A DNA stretch of 30,773 nucleotides from contig JAENWI010000001.1 in assembly GCA_016650115.1 (NCBI GenBank), positions 1 to 30,773 on the forward strand, written 5' to 3'. Shown in pieces: positions 7,444-16,307 of the stretch. Below the pieces are notes generated by a model. The model was not told where the DNA came from, searched no databases, and saw nothing but the letters and a program-made list of their open reading frames with translations. The stretch comes from Peptostreptococcaceae bacterium (GTDB taxonomy: Bacteria; Bacillota; Clostridia; Peptostreptococcales; Anaerovoracaceae). Each line of letters starts with the position of its first letter. Within the stretch, counting starts at the first letter, position 1. Made by a program: the position numbers and the translations under genes.

Positions 7444-7510
7444 AATGTTGATAGTCTAGCAATAATACTATTGCTAAAATAAAAAACAAACAAAACAGGA
7501 GGAGAAAATT

Positions 7511-8533
7511 ATGAAAAAAGTATTGGCTATAGTAATGGCATTGGTCCTGGTACTAGGAATGGTTGCTTGTGGTGGCGGCGGTGCTGCTGAACCGGAAAAA
7601 GTTGGAACATTAGGTGTAGTAATGCCTAACGCAACTCATGGTTTTTTAGGTGAAAGTATTGCACATGCAAAAGCAGAAGCAGATGCTATTGCAGCTGAAA
7701 CAGGACTTACTGTTAAATTCTTAACTTCAGCTGAATCTTCAGAACAAAACAATCAAATTGATCAGCTAATTGCTGATGGTGTTGATTGTATCGTACTTTG
7801 GCCACATAATGGTGATGAAGTAAGATCTTCAGCACAGGCAGTAATGGAAGCTGGCATCCCTCTAATTATCTATGATAGATTAATAAATGACTTCGTACCG
7901 ACTGCTGAGTTAATGGGAGACAATGAAACAATCGGCAAGATGACAGGGGAATACTTTAATAAATTCTTCGCTACTGAATTGGCGGCAGGAAAAGTAAATG
8001 TACTTGAATTCAAAGGTGACAACTCAACAGTTCCAGAACAGAGATCAAAAGGATTTGCTTCGACTGCAAGTGCAAATATAAATATTGTACAACAGTTCTC
8101 AACCGACTGGCAAAGAGCGAAAGCTATGGAACAGTTAGAAACGTGGTTTGCAAGTTCAAGTGTAGCAGATATTGAAGCTCTTCAGGGAATATTTACTCAT
8201 GATGATGAAGTTGTTCTTGGCGTTCTAGATGCTATTAATAACTATGATGGACCAGCAACACTGAACATTAAACTGGTATCAGGTGTAGGCGGAAGAGTTG
8301 AAAACTTAGACACATTTGCACCTTGGGCAGAAAAAGGCGTTATGCAGGTTACCTATGCATTTTCACCATCAATGGTAAGAGATGCTGTAAAGCTTGGATC
8401 AGAAATTGTACTTGATGGAGCAACTCCAACTGGACTGAAATTAATCCCTACAGTTGAAATTGATAATTCAAATGAACAGGAATTCAGAACAAATGATATC
8501 TTCGTAACAAGATACAGCATTACAGCAGAGTAA
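7511..8533 (+). CDS. Sugar ABC transporter substrate-binding lipoprotein (RbsB-like)
   Basis: Signal peptide with lipobox MVA-C, QIDQLIADGVDCIVLWP, AGIPLIIYDR, R..GF, DWQR..A, HDDE. Confidence 0.93.
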   Translation: MKKVLAIVMALVLVLGMVACGGGGAAEPEKVGTLGVVMPNATHGFLGESIAHAKAEADAIAAETGLTVKFLTSAESSEQNNQIDQLIADGVDCIVLWPHNGDEVRSSAQAVMEAGIPLIIYDRLINDFVPTAELMGDNETIGKMTGEYFNKFFATELAAGKVNVLEFKGDNSTVPEQRSKGFASTASANINIVQQFSTDWQRAKAMEQLETWFASSSVADIEALQGIFTHDDEVVLGVLDAINNYDGPATLNIKLVSGVGGRVENLDTFAPWAEKGVMQVTYAFSPSMVRDAVKLGSEIVLDGATPTGLKLIPTVEIDNSNEQEFRTNDIFVTRYSITAE

Positions 8534-8552
8534 TATTATAATTTAGTTAAGC

Positions 8553-8585
8553 ATGGATGTCGATTGTAATACAATCGACATCCAT
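8553..8585. other. Perfect 15-bp stem-loop after the SBP gene (mRNA stabiliser or partial terminator)
   Basis: ATGGATGTCGATTGT-AAT-ACAATCGACATCCAT; no following U-tract. Confidence 0.8.
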
Positions 8586-8624
8586 ATTACTAATATATTT
8601 CACTTTAGATAGGTGGGTATCAAC

Positions 8625-10130
8625 ATGTTTTTAGAAATGAAAAATATAACTAAAAAATTTGGACCTGTGGTAGCATTAGATGATGTGAGCTTTTCTGTCG
8701 GAGAAGCAGAAATCCATGGTCTTCTTGGAGAAAATGGTGCCGGAAAGTCAACACTAATGAATGTTTTAGCAGGAACCTTTCCACCAACTAGTGGAGAAGT
8801 TTTTTTAAATGGCCAGCATTTAACGGGGCTTAATGCCAAAAAATCCTTTGCGCTTGGCATAGGATTTGTACATCAGGAACTGAATTTAATCAATGATTTA
8901 AAAATATATGAAAACTTATTTCTTGGAGAAGAAATTACAAATAAATGGGGCACTCTAGATAAACCTTTAATGAGATTAAAAGCAAAAGAAGTAATGAAAA
9001 AGATGAATTTGGATATTAGTCCTGATTTACAGGTTGCATATTTAGATACGTCAGTAAAGCAACTTGTGGAAATCGCAAGAGCGCTTCTTTTTGATTGTAA
9101 ACTCATTATAATGGATGAACCAACTACAGCTTTAACAAACAAAGAAATAGAAAACCTGTTTTCTATTATGAGAAAATTGAAAAATGATGGTGTCTCTATT
9201 ATATATATATCACATAAAATGCCAGAATTGTTTTCTATTTGTGATAAGTACACCGTCTTAAGAGATGGGAAATTTATACAAAGCGGATATTTTAAAGATA
9301 TTGACGAGAAAATTGCAACCCAGCTATTGGTTGGACGAAGTTTATTAGAGGCCGAAATTACCAAGGAAGCAGTGACAGGAGAGACCATTCTATCGGTTAA
9401 AGATATTACCTGTAAAGGGTATTTCGAGAATATATCTTTCGACTTAAAAGAAGGTGAAATTTTAGCAATCACTGGACTTCATGGAGATGGAAGAGGTGAA
9501 CTTTCTGAGGCATTGTTTGGTGCAAGAAGACTGGATTGCGGGCAGGTCATCCTGAGGGGAGAAAAACTGAACTTCAGGCATATCAGTAATGTGATAAAAA
9601 AGGGAATCGGTATGGTTCCAAGAAGCAGAAAAGAAAGATCTATTATTAAAGATATGAGTATTTTAAACAATATGGCGACAGCATATTTCGTCGGCAAACA
9701 TAAAAAAGCCTATATAAGCAATAAAGACACTGATAGATTATTTGAAGAAAATCAGAAAAAGGCAGCGATTAGAGTTGGAAGCAGGCATGATCTGATAACA
9801 TCCTTAAGTGGTGGAAACCAGCAAAAGGTTATTATATCCAGGTGGCTGGAGATTAACTCTGATATTTACATTTTAGATAATCCGACACAGGGAATTGATG
9901 TTGGAGCCAAGTTTGAGATGTATAAAATAATAAATGGACTTGCAGAAAATGGGAAAAGTATTATTATGTTTTCTTCTGAATTCCCTGAAATTTACAAAGT
10001 GGCGGACAGATGCCTGGTTATGTATAAGGGGAAAATCAATGCAGAATTGGATAGAAGTCAACTGTCTGAAGTCGATGTAATGTATTATGCGACTGGATCA
10101 AATATGGAGGGCATAAAAAATGAAATTTAA
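8625..10130 (+). CDS. CUT2 sugar ABC transporter ATP-binding protein (RbsA/MglA-like, two NBDs)
   Basis: GENGAGKST, IIMDEPT, YISHKM, LSGGNQQKV; ATG 8625 preferred (RBS AGGTGG at 8611-8616). Confidence 0.95.
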   Translation: MFLEMKNITKKFGPVVALDDVSFSVGEAEIHGLLGENGAGKSTLMNVLAGTFPPTSGEVFLNGQHLTGLNAKKSFALGIGFVHQELNLINDLKIYENLFLGEEITNKWGTLDKPLMRLKAKEVMKKMNLDISPDLQVAYLDTSVKQLVEIARALLFDCKLIIMDEPTTALTNKEIENLFSIMRKLKNDGVSIIYISHKMPELFSICDKYTVLRDGKFIQSGYFKDIDEKIATQLLVGRSLLEAEITKEAVTGETILSVKDITCKGYFENISFDLKEGEILAITGLHGDGRGELSEALFGARRLDCGQVILRGEKLNFRHISNVIKKGIGMVPRSRKERSIIKDMSILNNMATAYFVGKHKKAYISNKDTDRLFEENQKKAAIRVGSRHDLITSLSGGNQQKVIISRWLEINSDIYILDNPTQGIDVGAKFEMYKIINGLAENGKSIIMFSSEFPEIYKVADRCLVMYKGKINAELDRSQLSEVDVMYYATGSNMEGIKNEI

Positions 10131-11151
10131 TTTATTCGAAAAACATGTTGAGGAGGAAGCCCCAACAATACAAGGTACCGGATTCAAGGATAAATTCTTC
10201 AAGTTTTATCATAATTATACTTTTGTTTTTTCATTCGCTGTTTTAATAATAATTGCGACTTATTTCAACCCGTCTTTTTTGAGCTATGGTAATATTACCC
10301 TTCTGTTGCTGCAGTCCACTATTAAAGGAATCATCGCCTGTGGCATGACTCTCGTTATCATTGCTGGAATGATTGACCTTTCTGTCGGTTCAATGGTAGC
10401 TCTAGTAGGAGGATTGGGCGTAGTAGTTTTAAATACAACAGGAAGTGCATGGATAATGTTTTTCTTTTGCGTCGCATTTGGAACCTTCCTTGGCGCAATA
10501 AACGGGTTGCTGGTAACAAAAGCCAAGATCGCACCATTTATAGTAACACTAGCAACAATGGTTGCCTTCAGATCAATCATCGTACAGTTAGGCCAGGGTG
10601 GTCCGTTTAATGTTGACCCTAAGGTTTATGACAGTTTTAGACTTGTGGCGGCAGGCTATTTGTTTAGAAGCGATAATTTCAAAGGGATTCCATATATGGC
10701 TATCTGGTTTGTTGCTATTGTTTTAATTATGGCGTTTATCATGTCAAAAACAAAATTTGGCAGATATGTATATGCAGTCGGATCTAATGAACTGGCAGCC
10801 AAATTAACCGGAATAAATACTATTTATATTAAAACCATGTGTTTTGTTATTACCGGTCTGCTGGTTGGGGTAGCTGCTTTTTTACTTGCCTCAAGACTTA
10901 CGTCGATAACAGCTCCAAATGTCGGAATGTCTTACGAGTTGGATGCAATTGCCGCAGTTGCAATTGGTGGAACGGCCATGGCGGGTGGAAGCGGTCTCAT
11001 TGTTGGCACCTTCATTGGTGCTATTATGTTGCAAATGATAGAAGGAATTTTAATCGCAGCGCAAATACCTGTATTTTTAAATGGTTTAGTAAAAGGTATA
11101 ATTATTATTGTAGCTGTAGTGTTCCAAAGCAGAAGAGAGAGGAAGGCTTAA
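10120..11151 (+). CDS. Sugar ABC transporter permease (RbsC-like)
   Basis: Multi-TM; GMIDLSVGS, APFIVTLAT, FGRYVYAVGSNE, YELDAIAAVAIGGT. Confidence 0.95.
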   Translation: MKFNLFEKHVEEEAPTIQGTGFKDKFFKFYHNYTFVFSFAVLIIIATYFNPSFLSYGNITLLLLQSTIKGIIACGMTLVIIAGMIDLSVGSMVALVGGLGVVVLNTTGSAWIMFFFCVAFGTFLGAINGLLVTKAKIAPFIVTLATMVAFRSIIVQLGQGGPFNVDPKVYDSFRLVAAGYLFRSDNFKGIPYMAIWFVAIVLIMAFIMSKTKFGRYVYAVGSNELAAKLTGINTIYIKTMCFVITGLLVGVAAFLLASRLTSITAPNVGMSYELDAIAAVAIGGTAMAGGSGLIVGTFIGAIMLQMIEGILIAAQIPVFLNGLVKGIIIIVAVVFQSRRERKA

Positions 11152-12144
11152 GTGAGAAATATTGCGCTGATGACTGGACAATTTTCAGATATCCCTTTTG
11201 AAAACCTATGCGAAAAATTGAACGAACTTGGATATAAGGGGGTTGAATTAGCCTGCCTTGGCGATCATTTTAATGTTCGAGAAGCAGCAGAAAATTTGAA
11301 TTATTGCCAGAAAAAACTTGATATATTAAATAAATACAACCTAGAATGTAAGGTTATATCTGGACATCTAATAGGGCAGTGTGTAGGAGATCTATACGAT
11401 AAAAGACTTGATAACTTTGCCCCTGAAAAACTTTCTGGAGATGGGGATGCAATTAAAAAATGGGCAATTGAAGAAATGAAATATTTGGCAAAAGCAGCCC
11501 ATAATATGGGAGTTGAAGTGGTTTCGTTTTTTACGGGTTCTTCAATCTGGAGATACATTTATTCATTTCCGCAAACAACGGAGGCTATTATAGAAGACGG
11601 ATTTGATGAAATTCTAAAAATATGGTCACCAATTATGGATGAATATGACAAATGGGGAGTTAAACTTGCATTGGAAGTTCATCCTACTGAAATCGCCTTT
11701 GATTACTATACAACCGAAAGGCTTTTGAAAAAATTCGATTATAGAGAGACTTTAGGCATTACTTTTGATCCGAGTCATTTATTATGGCAAGGTGTTAATC
11801 CTACCATATTCCTTCAAGATTTTGCCGATAGAATATACAATGTACATATGAAAGACGTGAAGATTAACAGAGATGGGAAAGCTGGTATTTTAGGGTCGCA
11901 CATTGAATTTGGGGATACAAGGCGAGGATGGAATTTTGTTTCTATTGGCCACGGAGATGTAAATTTTGAAGAGATTATTCGTCAGCTTAACAATATGAAT
12001 TATACTGGAAATATTTCAATTGAGTGGGAAGATAGCGGTATGGACAGGATGTATGGGGCGGCAGAAGCACTTGGATATATTGAAAAACTTGATTTCCCAA
12101 TATCCAAAATAGCCTTCGATAAAGCCTTGAGCTCATCAACGTAA
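11152..12144 (+). CDS. IolE/XylA-like TIM-barrel sugar (keto-sugar) isomerase, epimerase or hydratase
   Basis: Metal-site motifs ALEVHP, FDPSH, VHMKD, GHGDV, SIEWED. Confidence 0.88.
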   Translation: MRNIALMTGQFSDIPFENLCEKLNELGYKGVELACLGDHFNVREAAENLNYCQKKLDILNKYNLECKVISGHLIGQCVGDLYDKRLDNFAPEKLSGDGDAIKKWAIEEMKYLAKAAHNMGVEVVSFFTGSSIWRYIYSFPQTTEAIIEDGFDEILKIWSPIMDEYDKWGVKLALEVHPTEIAFDYYTTERLLKKFDYRETLGITFDPSHLLWQGVNPTIFLQDFADRIYNVHMKDVKINRDGKAGILGSHIEFGDTRRGWNFVSIGHGDVNFEEIIRQLNNMNYTGNISIEWEDSGMDRMYGAAEALGYIEKLDFPISKIAFDKALSSST

Positions 12145-12167
12145 ATATGTAATGAGAATATGAATCC

Positions 12168-12206
12168 GGTATTGAGGATATTTTGTATGTCTTCAGTACC
12201 TTTTTT
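12168..12206 (+). terminator. Intrinsic terminator closing the sugar cluster
   Basis: GGTATTGAGGATAT / ATGTCTTCAGTACC stem (with G-U pairs) followed by TTTTTT. Confidence 0.8.
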
Positions 12207-12245
12207 GTTTAACCTGTAAATAATATTTTAATAAACTTTGAAACA

Positions 12246-12254
12246 TGTTATAAT
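12246..12254 (+). promoter_or_regulatory. Extended -10 promoter upstream of the small ORF and tmk
   Basis: TG-T-TATAAT at 12246-12254. Confidence 0.55.
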
Positions 12255-12287
12255 ATTAAAGTATATAAAGTTAAAGAAGGTATAATT

Positions 12288-12398
12288 ATGTTAATAATGA
12301 AAATCGCTTTTGTTGTTTTATTAAGTATTCCAATTGGATATTTATCATTAGTATTACTTTCCAAGCTAATTGATTCAGCACTAAAAAATAACAGGTAG
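12288..12398 (+). CDS. Small 36-aa single-TM protein (not in the ORF track)
   Basis: MLIMKIAFVVLLSIPIGYLSLVLLSKLIDSALKNNR*; RBS AGAAGG 7 nt upstream; stop overlaps the tmk RBS. Confidence 0.6.
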   Translation: MLIMKIAFVVLLSIPIGYLSLVLLSKLIDSALKNNR

Positions 12399-12407
12399 GA
12401 GTAACTT

Positions 12408-13046
12408 ATGAATAGAGGCTTATTTATTACATTTGAAGGCCCTGATGGTTCCGGTAAAAGCACGCAAATTAAAAAACTCAAAATAAAACTGGAAAGCAGA
12501 GGCTTTGAAACAGTTCTTACAAGAGAACCTGGGGGAACTGCTATTAGTGAAAATATAAGGGAAATTATTTTAGATGTGAAAAATTCTGAGATGGACAGTC
12601 TCACCGAAGCGCTCCTTTATGCGGCAGCCAGATCTCAGCATGTTAATCAAGTTATTCTTCCGGCACTCAAAGCAAGCAAAACAGTGATTTGTGACAGATT
12701 TATGGATTCATCAATCGCCTATCAGGGCTATGGCAGAAAACTTGGAGATCAGGTTAGAATCATAAATGAATACGCTGTCAGAGGGATATCCCCTGACATT
12801 ACTTTTTTACTTTTATTGGAGCCAAGTATAGGAAAAGGCAGAATTAAAAGGGAATACGACAGATTAGAGCTGGAACAAAATAAATTCCATGAAGATGTAT
12901 ATCAGGGGTATATGGAATTAGCAAAATGTAATCCAAAAAGAATTATTATAATTGATGCAACAAAGTCAATTATAGAAATAGAAAAAGAAATCGAACTGCA
13001 TCTTGAAAAGCTTTTGTTAAAAAAGAGGGAAATTTATGACCTTTAA
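12408..13046 (+). CDS. tmk: Thymidylate kinase
   Basis: FITFEGPDGSGKSTQ P-loop, TREPGG, LYAAAR, CDRF.DSSIAYQG. Confidence 0.97.
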   Translation: MNRGLFITFEGPDGSGKSTQIKKLKIKLESRGFETVLTREPGGTAISENIREIILDVKNSEMDSLTEALLYAAARSQHVNQVILPALKASKTVICDRFMDSSIAYQGYGRKLGDQVRIINEYAVRGISPDITFLLLLEPSIGKGRIKREYDRLELEQNKFHEDVYQGYMELAKCNPKRIIIIDATKSIIEIEKEIELHLEKLLLKKREIYDL

Positions 13047-13854
13047 AAATATAGTTGGAAATGATCAGCTAATTGAGCGGCTTCGTGAAACAATTTGTGG
13101 AAAAGGCGTTACACATGCTTATGTTTTCGAAGGTGATTATTATACAGACAAACTTGCTTTTGCAAATTCTTTTGCTAAAGCAATATTATGTGAGACAAAT
13201 AAGGGAACAGGTTGTGAAACCTGCATATCCTGTATTAAAATTGAACATGGTAATCATGAAGATGTTTATTATGCCGAGGTGACAGATAAAGGGAATACGA
13301 AAGATGAAGAAATTAATAAACTTCAAATAAGGCTCTCGAACAAACCATATATTGGTGAAAGGAATATTGCTATCATAAAAGATGCTGACAGCATGACCTT
13401 GAAAGCGCAGAACAGGTTGCTAAAAACATTGGAAGAACCTCAACCAGGGACAGTGATCATATTGCTTTCAAACAACGTTCAAAATTTAACACAAACCATA
13501 TTGTCGAGATGTGTTGTTTTCAGAATTAATCCGGAGAAGTTAAATAGTGAAAAGCAAAAGTTTGAATTCGAAGAAGAGATTGCTCAAATGTTGCTTGAAA
13601 ATGAGCCGTTTTATAAAATAAAATTAAGAATGAATGGTATTTTAAAAGATAAAGAAGCCAGTATGAAGTTTCTGGATGGAATGGAAAGAGTATATAGAGA
13701 CTTATTAATATTAAATACAGAAAATAGCAGACTTTACAAAAAAACTGATGTAAATAAAATTGTTAGCCATATAGAAGAAGCGAGAAGAGATCTTCAAATC
13801 GGAGTAAATACAGCTTACTCGTTAAAAAATATGATATTAAAAATTGGAGGATAA
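13036..13854 (+). CDS. holB: DNA polymerase III subunit delta prime
   Basis: HAYVFEG, C..GC..C..C zinc module, AQNRLLKTLEEP, TILSRC; follows tmk. Confidence 0.92.
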   Translation: MTFKNIVGNDQLIERLRETICGKGVTHAYVFEGDYYTDKLAFANSFAKAILCETNKGTGCETCISCIKIEHGNHEDVYYAEVTDKGNTKDEEINKLQIRLSNKPYIGERNIAIIKDADSMTLKAQNRLLKTLEEPQPGTVIILLSNNVQNLTQTILSRCVVFRINPEKLNSEKQKFEFEEEIAQMLLENEPFYKIKLRMNGILKDKEASMKFLDGMERVYRDLLILNTENSRLYKKTDVNKIVSHIEEARRDLQIGVNTAYSLKNMILKIGG

Positions 13855-14793
13855 ATGATGGTAAGAGTAGCAGGAATAAGATTTAAAAAGGCCGGCAAGG
13901 TATATTACTTTGACCCTGATGAATTGGATATTAAACAAGGGACTAATGTAATTGTTGAAACAGCAAGAGGCTTAGAGTTTGGAAATGTGACAGCTGATAT
14001 TAAAGAAGTTCCTGAAACACAGATTATCATGCCACTTAAAAAAGTTATTAGAATAGCTGATCAAAAAGACGAGGCACAGCATGAGGAAAATACAAATAAG
14101 AAAGCCCGGGCTATTGAGCTTTGTCTTGAAAAGGTAGCCAAGCATAAACTTGAAATGAAACTTATTGATGTTGAATATACCTTTGACAAAAGTAAAATAA
14201 TATTTTATTTTACTTCAGATGGAAGAGTGGATTTCAGAGATCTGGTAAAAGACCTGGCTAGTGTGTTTAAGATGAGAATTGAACTTAGACAAATAGGCGT
14301 TAGAGATGAATCTAAAATGATGGGTGGAATAGGAAGCTGCGGGAAAGGTCTTTGTTGCAATACATGGTTGCCTGACTTTGAACCTGTTTCAATTAAAATG
14401 GCAAAGGTTCAAAATCTTTCTCTTAATCCAACAAAAATTTCAGGCGTTTGCGGCAGGTTGATGTGTTGTTTGAAATATGAAAATGATATTTATTTGGATC
14501 TTAAAAGAGGAATGCCTGATATTGGCGAAAAAATAAAAACTGTAAATGGCACGGCAGTTGTAATGGATGTGAAAACTCTTGAAAATGTCATAAAATCAAG
14601 ATTGGTGCTTGAAGAAAAAACAGAAGACAAGCCTGAAAAACTAAGTACTGAATTTTATCTTTATAAAAAAGAGGATATTGAAAGACTTGGTATCAATTCT
14701 AAAAAACAAAAAAAAGAAAAGGATATTATAAAGGAAATTGTAGAAGAAGAAGGAGTTTCAATAGCCGAAGTCGAAAAAATCTTAAAGGAGTAA
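13855..14793 (+). CDS. ricT: RicT/YaaT (PSP1 domain) protein
   Basis: FKKAGKVYYF, RVDFRDLVKDLA, CGKGLCC, SGVCGRLMCCLKYE. Confidence 0.93.
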   Translation: MMVRVAGIRFKKAGKVYYFDPDELDIKQGTNVIVETARGLEFGNVTADIKEVPETQIIMPLKKVIRIADQKDEAQHEENTNKKARAIELCLEKVAKHKLEMKLIDVEYTFDKSKIIFYFTSDGRVDFRDLVKDLASVFKMRIELRQIGVRDESKMMGGIGSCGKGLCCNTWLPDFEPVSIKMAKVQNLSLNPTKISGVCGRLMCCLKYENDIYLDLKRGMPDIGEKIKTVNGTAVVMDVKTLENVIKSRLVLEEKTEDKPEKLSTEFYLYKKEDIERLGINSKKQKKEKDIIKEIVEEEGVSIAEVEKILKE

Positions 14794-14795
14794 CT

Positions 14796-15566
14796 TTGGA
14801 AACAAAATTAGAGAAAGGTGAAAGAATAGATTGTATTAGATTTGGCGACCTCAGGCTTATACAAAAGCCTGAGGATTTTTGCTATGGAGTAGATGCTGTT
14901 TTATTAGCACATTTTGCGGCGACAGATGGTGAACAGAAAAATATAAAAAGAGTAAAATCAAAGAGAGCAATGGATTTAGGCACAGGTACCGGAATAGTAC
15001 CTTTAATACTCAGTCATAAAACAGATATAACGGAAATTTTTGGCCTTGAAATTCAAAAGGAATCTTTTCAGCGAGCTCTTAGAAATATGGAACTAAATGG
15101 ATTAGAGAAAAGAATAGAGATTTTATATGGAGATGTATCAGATATAGAAAACGTAATAAATAAAGATTTTGTCGGAACGTTTGATATGGTAACGGCTAAC
15201 CCGCCATACATTTTAAAAAATGGCGCTGTCAAAAATGAAAAAACGGCGAAAATGATTGCAAGACATGAAACGAGCGGACTAATAGATGATTTTATCAAGA
15301 CAGCTGCATTGCTTCTTAAACCAAAGTGCGACTTTTATATGGTTCACAGACCAAGCAGGCTCATTGATATTTGTGTGTCTTGCAGGGTAAATAAGCTTGA
15401 ACCAAAGGGAATCCGTTTAGTATCTCCAAGAGAAGGAGAAATCCCAAATATAATGCTGATCCATTGTGTGAAGTATGGGAATCCTGAATTGAAATTCATG
15501 AAAAATTTAAATATTTATGAAGGGACATCATATTCCAAAGAAATTAAAGAAATTTACGAAAGATAA
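14796..15566 (+). CDS. yabB: tRNA1(Val) adenine-37 N6-methyltransferase family (YabB-like)
   Basis: DLGTGTG SAM motif, ANPPY, IARHE, MVHRPSRL; TTG start after RBS AAGGAG. Confidence 0.88.
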   Translation: METKLEKGERIDCIRFGDLRLIQKPEDFCYGVDAVLLAHFAATDGEQKNIKRVKSKRAMDLGTGTGIVPLILSHKTDITEIFGLEIQKESFQRALRNMELNGLEKRIEILYGDVSDIENVINKDFVGTFDMVTANPPYILKNGAVKNEKTAKMIARHETSGLIDDFIKTAALLLKPKCDFYMVHRPSRLIDICVSCRVNKLEPKGIRLVSPREGEIPNIMLIHCVKYGNPELKFMKNLNIYEGTSYSKEIKEIYER

Positions 15567-15655
15567 TTCATTAAAAAATACTTGTATTTTTCCATATTAT
15601 GGTAGATAATGAACATACATACATTATTGAATATTAAATTGGAGGGAGTACATAT

Positions 15656-15979
15656 ATGGAAATCACACTTTCCCTAAAAGATATGGGGATACTTTTAATT
15701 GGAATAGGGTTAATTGTACTGCTAATGTATAGTATTGTTTTTGTTAAAAATCTCATCCAGACAATAAAGGTAACTAATAAAATACTGGAAGATTCAAAGG
15801 TTATAACTTCAATAGCAGCAGATAGAGCAAAAGAAATTGATTCAATAGTAGGAGATGTTTCTGTATCTGTTGGAAGCATAACGGAATCAATAAAAGGAAA
15901 TCAAAGCGCTTTAAAGGCACTCTCAACAATTGTTAATACATTTGGAGCCATTAAGAGCTTATTTAATAAGGAAAAGTAA
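15656..15979 (+). CDS. Hypothetical membrane-anchored coiled-coil protein (DUF948-like)
   Basis: One N-terminal TM helix then an amphipathic helix; RBS GGAGGG; candidate promoter TTGTAT-17-GATAAT at 15582-15610. Confidence 0.65.
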   Translation: MEITLSLKDMGILLIGIGLIVLLMYSIVFVKNLIQTIKVTNKILEDSKVITSIAADRAKEIDSIVGDVSVSVGSITESIKGNQSALKALSTIVNTFGAIKSLFNKEK

Positions 15980-16005
15980 TGTTATTTTGAAAGAGAGGTA
16001 AAAAT

Positions 16006-16248
16006 ATGAAAGCTACAGGAATTGTTAGAAAAGTTGATAAGTTAGGACGTATTGTTTTACCTATTGAATTGAGAAATACTTTGGAAATAGGTATAGGAGA
16101 TCCAATAGAAATATATGTTGATGGTGACTTTATTCTGCTGAAAAAATATGCACCTCAATGCATTTTCTGCGGAAATGCGAAGGACGTTGAGAGCGTCAGG
16201 GGTAGGAATGTCTGCACTAATTGTCTGAAGGAAATTAAAGGACTATAG
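16006..16248 (+). CDS. abrB: AbrB/SpoVT-family transcriptional regulator
   Basis: MKATGIVRKVDKLGRIVLPIELR; C-terminal CIFC...CTNC. Confidence 0.9.
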   Translation: MKATGIVRKVDKLGRIVLPIELRNTLEIGIGDPIEIYVDGDFILLKKYAPQCIFCGNAKDVESVRGRNVCTNCLKEIKGL

Positions 16249-16280
16249 AACAAAAACCCCGCCTAGGCGGGGTTTTTGTT
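16249..16280 (+). terminator. Intrinsic terminator
   Basis: Perfect 32-bp palindrome AACAAAAACCCCGCCTAGGCGGGGTTTTTGTT. Confidence 0.92.
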
Positions 16281-16307
16281 GTTTTTGGTAAAGATAGTAT
16301 TAATAAC

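Noticed and set aside
7511-11151. Calling the transporter rbsBAC (ribose)
   Set aside because: The family is clear but specificity is not; no rbsD or canonical rbsK.
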